DNA of 64,000 nt, from the NCBI GenBank assembly GCA_963796915.1, contig CAWCNI010000004.1, positions 2,894,821-2,958,820 on the forward strand, written 5' to 3'. Below are positions 11,070 through 20,613 of the stretch, one piece after another. The position numbers were made by a program, and so were the translations under genes. Position 1 is the first letter of the stretch. Each line of letters begins with the position of its first letter. The notes under the pieces are model-generated. The model saw only the letters and a program-made list of their open reading frames with translations. It was not told the origin of the DNA and did no database searches. This DNA comes from Vicinamibacteria bacterium. Lineage in GTDB: Bacteria > Acidobacteriota > Vicinamibacteria > Vicinamibacterales > JAENWD01.

Positions 11070-11264
11070 ATGACCAGAGTTGTGACCGACGACGAAGTCG
11101 CGAACCATGACAACACGCTGGAGCCCGATCCCGATCCGATCGTCAACGGCGACGACACGGGCGCAGCGGTGGCACTGCCCATGAAGCGAAGCGAGGCCGT
11201 CGGCGACGAAGACGACGGCGGAGCGGCTGAGGACGACCGGAAGCCGAAGCGAGACACACCGTAG
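11070..11264 (+). CDS. Small acidic, probably disordered hypothetical protein (64 aa)
   Basis: SD AGGAG before ATG 11070; D/E/G/P-rich sequence. Confidence 0.55.
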   Translation: MTRVVTDDEVANHDNTLEPDPDPIVNGDDTGAAVALPMKRSEAVGDEDDGGAAEDDRKPKRDTP

Positions 11265-11443
11265 CGCCCGCCCGCGGCGCTGGGCCTTTGTGGCTGGCCG
11301 CCACACGGCTCCAGCTGGCTTCCCGCCGCCGAGGGCGCGATCGTCGACCACCTCAGTCGGCTTCTCGCGCTGGCTGAGTCGCGGGTTTTCCGTCACGACG
11401 GGTCAGCCCGCATCAGGCGGCCGATTCAGTAAATGAGCACGGT

Positions 11444-11746
11444 ATGCAGAAGCCGACGATCCTCACAGCGAAAGAGCTACGCGTCATCATGCCGCGCCTC
11501 TCAGGTTGGAAGCTCGCTCACAACAAGCTCTCGCGGACTTTTGAATTTCAGGATTTCGTGCAGTCGCTCAGCTTCGTCAACAGCCTGGTCGCGTATTTCG
11601 AGACCATGGACCACCACCCCGACATCTGCATCGCGTACGGCGAGGTGACCTTCGAGCTGACGCGCTACGACGTCGGGGGCAAGGTCACCGACCGCGACGT
11701 CGAGGTCGCGAAGAAAATCTCCTCCGTCTACAGGGCTCGATCGTAG
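11444..11746 (+). CDS. Pterin-4-alpha-carbinolamine dehydratase family protein
   Basis: LSRTFEFQDF, DHHPDI and GGKVTDRD motifs. Confidence 0.88.
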   Translation: MQKPTILTAKELRVIMPRLSGWKLAHNKLSRTFEFQDFVQSLSFVNSLVAYFETMDHHPDICIAYGEVTFELTRYDVGGKVTDRDVEVAKKISSVYRARS

Positions 11747-11975
11747 TCGCCGCCGAGACGAGTTGGCGGAGCCCGATCCCGGCGACCCGCCCACCGCGAC
11801 GTTCAAACCAGGGCTACCTGTAGTCGATCGCTGCAACCCGTCCGAACAGGCAGGAGTTGGTATGTGGCGCGCGCCTGTTCCCGGCGCCTCGCCGGGAACA
11901 GCGTCGTGGCGAAACATAACGCGAATCCGCACGATCAACTTCACGCGGCACCTGAGCGGGCGAATCATTCGGCGC

Positions 11976-11991
11976 TGGTACGCAAGATGCT
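11976..11991 (+). promoter_or_regulatory. Putative sigma54 promoter
   Basis: TGGTACGCAAGATGCT = GG-N10-GC, about 40 bp upstream of ATG 12030. Confidence 0.55.
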
Positions 11992-12029
11992 CTTGTCGAT
12001 CATCGTCTGAATCAGGAGGAGCAGAACCG

Positions 12030-12437
12030 ATGACGAACAAGATCCGATCAGTGGGCGATTCGACTGGCGATGACGTGAACAGCTTGATGAGCGATCTGTC
12101 TCAGCGCGCGCGAAACGCAGGCGCGTCAGTGCGCGACGCCGCGAACGATGCGGCCGCCGCCGTCGATGACGGGCGCTCAACGGCCGCCGACGGCCTCGAC
12201 ACTGCGGCGTCCGCACTGCAGGACAGGGCCGATGACCTGCCTGGTGGCGAGAGCGTCCGACAGTTCGCGCGCACGACCGCCGATCGTCTCAGCACCACCG
12301 CCGACTACGTCCGGAGTCACGATACCGGGCGGATGATGGCCGATGTCGGCACCTTCGTGAAGGGCAATCCCGGTCCCGCGCTCGCCGTCGCCGCCGCGTT
12401 CGGCTTTCTTCTCGGCCGAGCGTTGTCCCGGGATTGA
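12030..12437 (+). CDS. ElaB/YqjD/DUF883-like membrane-anchored stress protein
   Basis: SD AGGAGG; helical Ala/Asp-rich body and C-terminal FVKGNPGPALAVAAAFGFLLGRAL. Confidence 0.75.
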   Translation: MTNKIRSVGDSTGDDVNSLMSDLSQRARNAGASVRDAANDAAAAVDDGRSTAADGLDTAASALQDRADDLPGGESVRQFARTTADRLSTTADYVRSHDTGRMMADVGTFVKGNPGPALAVAAAFGFLLGRALSRD

Positions 12438-12463
12438 GCGACGTCCAGAAAGGGAGCTGACTC

Positions 12464-12847
12464 GTGCCTGAACAGCGATCGGTATCGGACGTCGTGCAGG
12501 ACATCCTGCACAACTTGCAGGACATGGTCCGCTCCGAGATCCGCCTGGCCAAGGTGGAATTGCGCGAGGAGGGTCGACGCGCGGTCGCCTCGGGCGTCTG
12601 GATTGCCGCCGGGGCTGTGGGCGCTGTGAGCGCGTGGATCTTCCTGCTCTGGACACTGGCCTACGGGCTGGCGACCCGCATGCCGATGTGGGCCGCCACC
12701 CTGCTCGTCTCCGCCGTGATGGCGACCGCCGCCGCGGTGCTGATCATGAGTGGCCTTCGGAGGGTCAAAGATATTCAGCCGCTTCCTGAACGCACCCTGG
12801 AATCGGTGAAGGAGAACCTGGAATGGATGAAACAGCCAACGAAATAG
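12464..12847 (+). CDS. Phage-holin-superfamily (YqjE/YhjD-like) membrane protein
   Basis: RSVSDVVQDI...VRSEIRLAKVEL, two TMs, PERTLESVKEN. Confidence 0.8.
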   Translation: MPEQRSVSDVVQDILHNLQDMVRSEIRLAKVELREEGRRAVASGVWIAAGAVGAVSAWIFLLWTLAYGLATRMPMWAATLLVSAVMATAAAVLIMSGLRRVKDIQPLPERTLESVKENLEWMKQPTK

Positions 12848-13236
12848 CCGCGCGCATCGACAGAACGCGCGAGCGCCTGGGATCGAATCTGCGGGAGCTC
12901 GAAGACAAGGTCGACGCTGCGACCGACTGGCGTGAGCACTATCGAGACCGGCCGCATGTGTTTCTCGGCGCGGCGTTCGTCGGCGGTGTCGTCCTTGCGG
13001 GCGTCCTCAGGCCGAGATCCGCCGGCCGCGCGCTGGCAGCGATGGCCTCTTCATCGGCAGTGCGGGGCAGCAGCCCGGTACGGGCGCAGGCGCGGGACTT
13101 CTGGAACAACGTTCAGGGAGCGCTGGTCGGCCTGGCGAGCGCCAGAATCAAGGAGTACATCGACGAGTTCATACCGGGCTTTGAGGAGCACTATCAGCGG
13201 GCCACGCAACGAACAGCGATCATCGACCCGCGATGA
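12823..13236 (+). CDS. DUF3618-like protein
   Basis: EIAARIDRTRERLGSNLREL N-terminus; standard third gene of this triad. Confidence 0.7.
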   Translation: MDETANEIAARIDRTRERLGSNLRELEDKVDAATDWREHYRDRPHVFLGAAFVGGVVLAGVLRPRSAGRALAAMASSSAVRGSSPVRAQARDFWNNVQGALVGLASARIKEYIDEFIPGFEEHYQRATQRTAIIDPR

Positions 13237-13286
13237 GTGTAGACTGTGCCTCCACGTATGGTCGAGCTAGACTCAACTGGAGGCAT

Positions 13287-13955
13287 ATGCGCAGGTTGCT
13301 GTTCGTCTTCGCGCTCACGATCGGGTTAGGTGTGGCGGCACGTGCCGCGGCGCAGGACCCCATCAAGTCCAATCCGAAGGTCTATCACCTGGTTTTCGAG
13401 AACGCGACAGTCCGCGTGCTGCACGTCACTGTGCCGCCCGGCGGAAAGACAATCCTCCACGAGCACCCGGACAATGCCGTCGTCGTACTCAGGGACGGCA
13501 AGATCAAGTTCACCGACGACGCCGGGAAGTCGCAGGACGTCGCGATGAAGGCGGGCGAGTCCATGTGGAGTCCAGCCGGGAAGCACTTCGGCGAGAACAT
13601 CGGGACCGAACCCATTGAGGCCATCATCGTCGAGCTCAAGGGGAACAACGCGCCGACAGCAACGCTGCCGACCAGTCGAGCCGATACGACGATGGCAGTG
13701 GCTTTCGACAATCCCAGAGCGCAGGGAATCAAGGCCACGATGCAGCCCGCGTTTCACGAGCCGGCAGGCACGACGCACGCGTTCGATCAGGTGGTCATCG
13801 CGCTCGCTCCTTCCGCGATCTCATTGAACGTGGAAGGGAATGCGAAGACAAGCTGGAAGGCCGGCGACGCGATGTTCATCGGCCGCGGCCAGAAGCATGA
13901 GTCGAAGAACACGGGCGGAAAACCCGTGGACGTGTTCATCCTCGCGATCAAGTAG
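13287..13955 (+). CDS. Secreted double-cupin domain protein
   Basis: SD GGAGG, signal peptide, two cupin repeats (FENATVRV...HEHP and FDNPRAQ...HAFD). Confidence 0.78.
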   Translation: MRRLLFVFALTIGLGVAARAAAQDPIKSNPKVYHLVFENATVRVLHVTVPPGGKTILHEHPDNAVVVLRDGKIKFTDDAGKSQDVAMKAGESMWSPAGKHFGENIGTEPIEAIIVELKGNNAPTATLPTSRADTTMAVAFDNPRAQGIKATMQPAFHEPAGTTHAFDQVVIALAPSAISLNVEGNAKTSWKAGDAMFIGRGQKHESKNTGGKPVDVFILAIK

Positions 13956-13970
13956 GTCACAGTCATCTGG

Positions 13971-13995
13971 CGCGAGCGGGCGTTGCCCGCTCGCG
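13971..13995 (+). terminator. GC-rich hairpin downstream of the cupin gene
   Basis: CGCGAGCGGGC-GTT-GCCCGCTCGCG, 11-bp stem, no U-tract. Confidence 0.5.
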
Positions 13996-14153
13996 TCACG
14001 CCCCTTCGCACGCTTCCTCTTCGACAGCGGTTTCGAAATCCACCTCCCGTCGAATTAGTGTGCCAAGCCCGGAAACAAGAGACTAGACTGTCGTTTCGGT
14101 GACGGTCCGGGCGCAGCGAGCTGATTCGTACCAACGATGAGGGAGTGTGCACC

Positions 14154-15821
14154 ATGTCACACCAAGACGACGGGACCCCCGTTCGCGCACTTCGCTCTAC
14201 CGAGACTCCTGAGGCTCATCAAGTCGATCCGCTCGCGGATGTGCGCCCGTTGGTCGCACAGGAGATTCCATCCGGCGTCGACCGCCGCGGTTTTCTGATC
14301 CGAAGCGCGGTGGGCGGCGCTGCCGCCGTCATGATGGGTCGCGCGGTGTCGGCGGAAGAGCGAACAGCGATGGCCGTCGCGACGGTGCCGCCGCAGACGA
14401 AGGGATCGGCGCCGCCGCTTTCTGCCGACCTGGACGTCGTGAAGAAGGAAAAGGGGCCGGTACTGACGACAGTCGACGAGTTCTACAAGGTGGGCCCCGG
14501 CCCTTCCAGCTCGCACACGATTGGTCCGATGCGGATCACCTACGACTTCTATCAGCGGTGCACGAAGCTGCCGGCCGCCAAGCTCGCCACGGCGACGAAG
14601 CTGCAGGTGAACCTGTTTGGAAGCCTCAGCGCGACAGGCAGGGGCCACGGCACTGAACGCGCCGCGCTCGCGGGGCTGGTCGGGAAGGAACCGGCCACTG
14701 TCGACCCGAAATTCCTGGACGGCTTGCGCGACAAGCCCGACCAGGTGTTCCCGGTGACGCTCGGCGACAAGTCGATCGACGTGAGCCTGAAGGACATCAT
14801 CTACGACGCCACCAAGGGCGACTTCAAACACCCCAACACGATGACGTGCAAGCTCCTCGCCGGCACCACCGTGTTACTGGAGCAGGAGTACTACTCCGTG
14901 GGCGGTGGCTTCATCGAGTGGAAGGGGTACACGCCGCCGAAGAAGAACCCGCCGAAGTACCCGTTCGCCACGATGAAGGAGCTGCGGACTCACGCCGACG
15001 ACAACAAGACCACCATCGCCAAGATCATGCTGGCGAACGAGATGTCGATCGCCGGCCGGACCGAAGACGAGGTCTATGCCTTCGTCGACAAGATCATCAG
15101 CGCGATGGTCGCAACGGTGAAGTCGGGGCTGTCGATGCCGGAAGACGACGTCCTGCCTGGCCCGATCAAGCTGCACAGCAAGGCGGCGACCGTTTACCGG
15201 CGCGCCATGGACGACAAGTTCGAGGCGGACCGCGGTATCGGCGCGCTGTCGGCCTTCGCGCTGGCGGCCTCCGAGGAAAACGGGCGCGGCCATCTCGTGA
15301 TCACGGCGCCGACCGGCGGTTCCGCCGGCGTCATGCCGGCGCTGGTCTACGGGCTCGTCGAGGTCCGAAGAGTCGATCCGCAGAAGGTTCGTGAAGGCAT
15401 GCTCGCGGCGGCGGCGATCGGCTACCTGTGCAAGCACCATGCGACGTTGTCCGCGGCCGAGGGCGGCTGCCAGGCCGAGATCGGCGTGGCTTCGTCAATG
15501 GCGGCGGCCCTGGTGGCAACGGCCTACGACGCAGAGTCGCGCATCGTCGAAAATGCCGCCGAATCGGCGTTGGAGCACCACCTCGGCATGACCTGCGACC
15601 CCGTCGCCGGCTACGTGCAGGTGCCGTGCATCGAGCGCTGCGCCTTCGGCGCTGTCAAGGCGTGGACTGCCTACGCGATCGCCAGCAACGAGATCGCGTC
15701 CCGACACCGCGTCGATTTCGACGCCACAGTGATGGCGCTGGCCCAGACCGCGAAAGACATGAACAGCAAGTACAAGGAAACCAGCGAGGCTGGTCTCGCC
15801 CTGTCCGTCGTGCTCTGCTGA
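14154..15821 (+). CDS. sdaA: L-serine ammonia-lyase (Fe-S dependent, fused) with N-terminal Tat-like leader
   Basis: VGPGPSSSHTIGPM, GSLSATGRGHGT, TAPTGGSAG, GGCQAEIG and HHLGMTCDPVAGYVQVPCIER motifs. Confidence 0.93.
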   Translation: MSHQDDGTPVRALRSTETPEAHQVDPLADVRPLVAQEIPSGVDRRGFLIRSAVGGAAAVMMGRAVSAEERTAMAVATVPPQTKGSAPPLSADLDVVKKEKGPVLTTVDEFYKVGPGPSSSHTIGPMRITYDFYQRCTKLPAAKLATATKLQVNLFGSLSATGRGHGTERAALAGLVGKEPATVDPKFLDGLRDKPDQVFPVTLGDKSIDVSLKDIIYDATKGDFKHPNTMTCKLLAGTTVLLEQEYYSVGGGFIEWKGYTPPKKNPPKYPFATMKELRTHADDNKTTIAKIMLANEMSIAGRTEDEVYAFVDKIISAMVATVKSGLSMPEDDVLPGPIKLHSKAATVYRRAMDDKFEADRGIGALSAFALAASEENGRGHLVITAPTGGSAGVMPALVYGLVEVRRVDPQKVREGMLAAAAIGYLCKHHATLSAAEGGCQAEIGVASSMAAALVATAYDAESRIVENAAESALEHHLGMTCDPVAGYVQVPCIERCAFGAVKAWTAYAIASNEIASRHRVDFDATVMALAQTAKDMNSKYKETSEAGLALSVVLC

Positions 15822-15866
15822 GCGGAGGGTGGCGCGCAGCGGCTCCTGTCTGCAGTGGAGGGGTGT

Positions 15867-16740
15867 TCAGCCGGATCGAGGCGACGCGCTCGCCAGGGCG
15901 AGAATGGTTCCCGCAAAGAGCAGCGTGTCGGCAAAGTAGTTCACCCCTTCCAGTTGGGTGGCGATCGCGGGTTGGGATAGCGCCAGCACCAGAACAGGGC
16001 CATAGACGACGAGGATCAGCAGCAAGATCCAACCGCCAACACAGGCCGCGACGAGACGCGTGTTCCTGGACAGCAGAACGCTTGCGCCGGTGACGAGAAG
16101 AGCGACACCCGTCACATAGTCGATGAGCACCCGGCCCGGAATCCACGTCGGCATTTCCTTCAGGAGCGGGACTCCAGGAAGTGCCGTCGCGTGGAGAAAG
16201 TGTTCGACTCCAAAAAATACAGACGGTGATCGCGACCAGTACGCGGCCGACATTTATCAGCACGCTCCTGGCTGGCTCGCGCCACCCGTCCGGCGCCGCT
16301 CCCGCGAGAAGCCAGCCGCCACCGCCGAACGACAACTCACGGAAGACGATGGTCCAGATGATTCTGTCTGGCGGACCGCCCAGCGCTCCTGGGAGATGGA
16401 TCATCGCGACAAACGAAAACATCATGATCCCGACCAGCAGTCCGGACCAGCGGACCGCGGTCCTGGTGGCGATGCTCAACGACGCCGCGATCAGGGCACA
16501 GCCGACGAAATAGACCCAGAACGCGCGCCAGGGCATGTACGGCGGCACGAGCGGCGCGACGAATTGGGGGCCGAAAAGATGCAGTGCGCCGAAGGCTGCC
16601 AGCGGAATCGCGAAACACAGATGACTGAGCGCGACGATCCGCTCCAGGCCTCGAGCCGCGGCGATCTCGTTTCTCGCGGCGATGACTCCGATCACGAACA
16701 GCGCGATCATTGCCGCGCCCATCGCGACGACGGTCATCAT
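15867..16740 (-). CDS. DoxX-like membrane protein with two repeats; frameshift at about 16212-16217 (A6 run)
   Basis: Two homologous halves (FGALHLF...VPPYMPWRAFWVYFVG and FGVEHFL...MPTWIPGRVLIDYVTG) lie in different frames that join at the homopolymer. Confidence 0.75.
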
Positions 16741-16814
16741 GAATACTCCTCGCGGCCCAGAGCGTATGTGGGACGGTGAAGGTGCCGTCGTAGGCGCGGG
16801 CTCGCGTCCGCGCT

Positions 16815-18224
16815 TTACTGAAGGGTCAGAAGGACGAGAATCTCGCCCTTTCCCGCCGGCAGGGCCTCGAGCGCCTTGCCAAGCAACGTCCCTGGCCGGT
16901 GCATCGACTGCTCGCCCACCCGCACGGGCCGCGATCGCATCGCGTAGCCGGGCGTCGGGCTCGTCGAGAGCAGATCGCCGATTCTGATCGCCCCGTACGT
17001 CGCGTCCGCCTTGACGAGGACGCGCCCGCTCTGCGCCACGATGACCTTGGTGTCGCTGCGCTCGCCGAGGACGAGTCCCGGCTGCCGGGACACGGCGCCC
17101 GCAACGCGCGTGTCGTAGGCCCTGGGCGACGGCACGACCCGGTTGGGCTGCGCCGGATCGACGATCACCACCGTACCGGCCTCGATCGGCGACGACGCCT
17201 CGACCCATTCGGCGACGTCCTGATACTTCGCGGCGATGTTGCCGCTGACAGTCACGTTCCCCGCGACCTGCAGCTTGGCAGTCGGCGTCGACGTCCCGAT
17301 CCCGATGTTGCCGTTGTTCGCGACGAAGAACTTCGAGCTGCTCCCGATCATGAAGTTGTACGAGCCGCCCGCCGCGATGTTGTTGATGCGGTACTCGTGC
17401 GTCGCGTTGTTGAACCCCTGGAACTGCACGAGCGCGCCGTTCTGGTCGTAGAACAGCATGCCGGAGAAGGCCGCCGCCGCTCCGCTCTTGTTCTGCACGG
17501 CGTAGCCGGTATGCGCGCCATTGGCGTCAGTGAAGGAAACGTGGAATGCCTCCAGCGGCGTCGTCGTCCCCAGCCCGATGGAGGTGCCGCTCTGGAACAT
17601 GGCAGAGTCGCCGAGGTTCGACGCATCGACGAACTTGCCGATGCGCCCGGTCGTCCCCAACGTGTTCGGCTGCGGAGCTGGCAGGCCGGCCGGCGCCGCC
17701 GTTGCCGCACGGGCCGCATCCGCGGCCGACAGCGTCGGGGCGAGGCGATAGGCAGACGCCGGTCTTCCGCCGAGCGTGTCCGCATCCGCCGCCTTGAGGG
17801 CGTAGGGCACGCTGGCGAGCAGCAGGCGCGGCTGTTCGGTTTCGCCGGCACGAAGGAAGCGGACGCCCAGCCATCGTGGCTCGCCGGCAGTGAAGAGATC
17901 AGGCGGCAGTCCGTCCGCGGTCCCCGCGCCGAGCAACAGGCGGTAGTGGCCGTCGCGCTCCACTGCCACTCGCTGCGTCTCTTCCCACAGCGGCTCGCTG
18001 GTCTGCTGGTCGCGATAGATGGCGAGAGTCACGGTCTCGACCGGCGCGATGGGTTGTCCGTCGGCTGGACGAAAAGTGCCGTTGAACCACACGACGTGTG
18101 GCACTGGCCACAGGGCCGCCGGTCCCGGCGCGGTCTGCTGGGCGGAAACGCCTGAAAGGCACGACATCCAGGCGAGTGCGACGAGCCCGCCCGCGCCTGC
18201 CCGTAACCGTGACGCTGCAGTCAT
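16815..18224 (-). CDS. Secreted tail-fibre-like protein with C-terminal intramolecular-chaperone/peptidase G2-like domain
   Basis: SD AGGAGG, signal peptide, SVPYALKAADADTLGG, GNIGIGTSTPTAKLQVAG repeats, C-terminal DVAEW...GDLLSTS...LGKALE. Confidence 0.65.
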   Translation of the reverse strand: MTAASRLRAGAGGLVALAWMSCLSGVSAQQTAPGPAALWPVPHVVWFNGTFRPADGQPIAPVETVTLAIYRDQQTSEPLWEETQRVAVERDGHYRLLLGAGTADGLPPDLFTAGEPRWLGVRFLRAGETEQPRLLLASVPYALKAADADTLGGRPASAYRLAPTLSAADAARAATAAPAGLPAPQPNTLGTTGRIGKFVDASNLGDSAMFQSGTSIGLGTTTPLEAFHVSFTDANGAHTGYAVQNKSGAAAAFSGMLFYDQNGALVQFQGFNNATHEYRINNIAAGGSYNFMIGSSSKFFVANNGNIGIGTSTPTAKLQVAGNVTVSGNIAAKYQDVAEWVEASSPIEAGTVVIVDPAQPNRVVPSPRAYDTRVAGAVSRQPGLVLGERSDTKVIVAQSGRVLVKADATYGAIRIGDLLSTSPTPGYAMRSRPVRVGEQSMHRPGTLLGKALEALPAGKGEILVLLTLQ

Positions 18225-18258
18225 GGAGCCTCCTGGACCCGGAAACATCCGACGACGT

Positions 18259-18276
18259 GCGCATAATATTGTGCGC
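18259..18276. promoter_or_regulatory. Near-perfect palindrome with central TAATAT between divergent genes
   Basis: GCGCATAATATTGTGCGC, one mismatched pair. Confidence 0.35.
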
Positions 18277-18480
18277 CGCGAGAGGTGTCGAGCCTCCAGT
18301 TCGGCCCTCCTCCACGAGTGTGCTGACGCTGTTCTGCCGGGCATCCTGGCCGTGACTGGTGCGGGTTGATCGGACGACGCACGATCGGGTTGACCGCGCG
18401 GACACAACCGCTTACCCTTCACACGCGTCGCCGCCCGTCATGGACTACTGGCAGACACGGGCGACGTTGTTCGGCCGCCC

Positions 18481-19320
18481 ATGAACCGGTCGCTTTTCGA
18501 CGACCTCGCGCGACTGTCGGCCACGCCGATGTCCCGCGCCCGCGCGCTGCGCCTGATGGGCAGAGCCATCGTCGGAGCCGTCGTGACGCTGTGGTTCCCG
18601 CGGGAGGCGAGCGCGCTCAGTTGTGCCGCCACGACGTGTACCCCGGCAACGCCGGACCTGTGCTGCATCGACTTCCCGACGAACCCGAACGCCTCGATCA
18701 ACACCTGCTGCAAGTCCACCGACCGGTGCTGCAAGTTCTTCACGCCCGAAGGCGGATCGTTCGCATCAGTGACCTGCTGTGGACCGACGCAGGCCTGCCG
18801 CATGCTCAATCCTCCGATGGAGGCGGCGTTCTGCGAGGACTGCGGGCCCAACCCCGTTGCCTGCGGCACGGAACCGTGCTGTCCCGCGGGTTACCTGTGC
18901 ATCGCCGGCCAGTGCTGTCCGTCGCAGCTGGTCTGCGGAGCCGTGTGCTGCGGGACGAACCAGAGCTGCGTCAACGGGACGTGCACGACCAATTCGTTGT
19001 CGTGTCAGTTCACCGACGATCCGTTGACCGCGGGCACGACATTCATCAAGGCGGCGCACATCACCGAGCTCCGCTCGTGCATCACCGCCCAGCGGATCCG
19101 GTTCGGGCTGCCGCTCTTCATCTTCACTGACGGCATCCTGGCGGGTGTCGACGTCAAAGCCGCGCACGTGCTCGAATTGCGGACGGCGCTGAACGGCGCG
19201 TACGTCGCTGCCCTGAAGCCGGTGCCCACCTACACCGACACGACGCTCACCCCGCAGCAGACTGTCATCAAGGCCGTGCACATCCAGGAACTGCGCGCGG
19301 CCCTGATTGCGCTGCAATAA
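18481..19320 (+). CDS. Cysteine-rich secreted protein with C-terminal triple KAxHxxELR repeat
   Basis: Tat-like leader ending ASA; 26 Cys including 7 CC pairs; three (F/Y)TD..L....(I/V)KAxH(I/V)xELR repeats. Confidence 0.75.
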   Translation: MNRSLFDDLARLSATPMSRARALRLMGRAIVGAVVTLWFPREASALSCAATTCTPATPDLCCIDFPTNPNASINTCCKSTDRCCKFFTPEGGSFASVTCCGPTQACRMLNPPMEAAFCEDCGPNPVACGTEPCCPAGYLCIAGQCCPSQLVCGAVCCGTNQSCVNGTCTTNSLSCQFTDDPLTAGTTFIKAAHITELRSCITAQRIRFGLPLFIFTDGILAGVDVKAAHVLELRTALNGAYVAALKPVPTYTDTTLTPQQTVIKAVHIQELRAALIALQ

Positions 19321-19347
19321 CACAACGCCGAGTTCGGAGGCCGCCGC

Positions 19348-20571
19348 TCATGCGGTCGCCAGCTCGTGGAACTTCGCGATGGCGCTCCACGCGCCCAGGC
19401 CGATGCCACTTGCCATCTGGTGCAGCTCCACCATGTTGTGCGTCAGAAAGATCAGGACAGAGTGGTTGGTCGGGTCCGCCTGCCACCAGCCGCCATACGC
19501 GCCGGCCCATCCGACAGTCCCGACACCGCCGCGACAGGTCAAGGGATCGGCCTTGTCCGGTTCCGTGACCACCGCAACGCCCATCCCATAGCCGTGACCG
19601 ACGGCGAACAGCGACCTGCCCAGCAATCGAGCCGTCATCCGCTGGCCTGACGTGAGCTGGTTCGACGCCATCAGGGCGCACGTTTCCGGGCGCAGCAGCC
19701 GCACACCGTCCACCTCTCCACCGCCGAGAAAGATTCGGGCGAAGGCAAGGTAGTCGTCCAGCGTCGTCAAGAGACCCTGGCCCCCAGACTCGAAGGTCAT
19801 GTGGTCGGGCCGCTCCGCGAGCGCGTTCCCGCCAGGCGCCTCCGTCAAGGCCGTCAACTTCCCCTCGGCGTTGAACCCGCACAGGCCCGCACGACGGGTT
19901 CGTTTCTCTCGAGGGACGACGAAGCCCGTGTCGTGCATGCCCAGCGGCCTGAAGACACGCCGCTCGAGGACAGCGCCGAGAGGAGCGTCGTCGAGACGAG
20001 CGATGAGGAAGCCGAGCAGATCGTTCGACACGCCGTAGTGAAAGCCAGCCCCCGGCTGATCGATCAGAGGCAGCGTGCCGAGTGCGGCGATCCACTCATC
20101 CGGCGTGAGGGGGTTGTCGATCGCCGGTCCGAGGGTTTCCGTGTAGACGCGACCGATCGGGCCACGATGAAAGTCGCCGTAGGTGAGGCCCGAGCGGTGC
20201 GTCAGGAGATCGCCGAACGTGATCGGCCGTTGCGCCGCGTCAGTCTGGTCCAGCGGTCCATTCGAATCGCGCAGGACGCGGAGGTGCGCGAGCTCCGGCG
20301 CGAGGCGCGTGATTGGCTCGTCCAGTGCGAAGCGGCCTTCGTCGTACAGCGTCAGCGCGGCCACCGTCGTCACCGGCTTGGTCATCGACGCGATTCGAAA
20401 GATCGTGCCCCGCTCGACGGGCAGGTTCGTCACCAGATCCCGACGGCCCAGGGCGGTCGTGTGGACGACGCGTCCGTCCCGCCACATGAGAGTCGCGGCG
20501 CCGGCGAGGGCTCCGGCGTCGACATAGGCTCGGAGAGCGGCTTCAATCGAATTTCCCTTAGTCATAGCCAT
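19348..20571 (-). CDS. Serine hydrolase, beta-lactamase class C-like family
   Basis: FRIASMTK (SxxK), LLTHRSGL, FHYG, PLGMHDTGF and GWAGAYG motifs. Confidence 0.92.
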   Translation of the reverse strand: MAMTKGNSIEAALRAYVDAGALAGAATLMWRDGRVVHTTALGRRDLVTNLPVERGTIFRIASMTKPVTTVAALTLYDEGRFALDEPITRLAPELAHLRVLRDSNGPLDQTDAAQRPITFGDLLTHRSGLTYGDFHRGPIGRVYTETLGPAIDNPLTPDEWIAALGTLPLIDQPGAGFHYGVSNDLLGFLIARLDDAPLGAVLERRVFRPLGMHDTGFVVPREKRTRRAGLCGFNAEGKLTALTEAPGGNALAERPDHMTFESGGQGLLTTLDDYLAFARIFLGGGEVDGVRLLRPETCALMASNQLTSGQRMTARLLGRSLFAVGHGYGMGVAVVTEPDKADPLTCRGGVGTVGWAGAYGGWWQADPTNHSVLIFLTHNMVELHQMASGIGLGAWSAIAKFHELATA

Positions 20572-20605
20572 ATAATATTGACATTATTAAATAGATCAAC
20601 TATTT
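20572..20605. promoter_or_regulatory. AT-rich divergent promoter region with putative TetR operators
   Basis: Inverted repeats ATAAT-ATTGAC-ATTAT and AAATAG-ATCAA-CTATTT in the 42-bp gap between hydrolase and tetR. Confidence 0.6.
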
Positions 20606-20613
20606 TTTATCCG

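Noticed and set aside
12464-12847. Prophage lysis gene
   Set aside because: This holin-superfamily protein sits in the usual DUF883/DUF3618 stress triad; no phage genes nearby.
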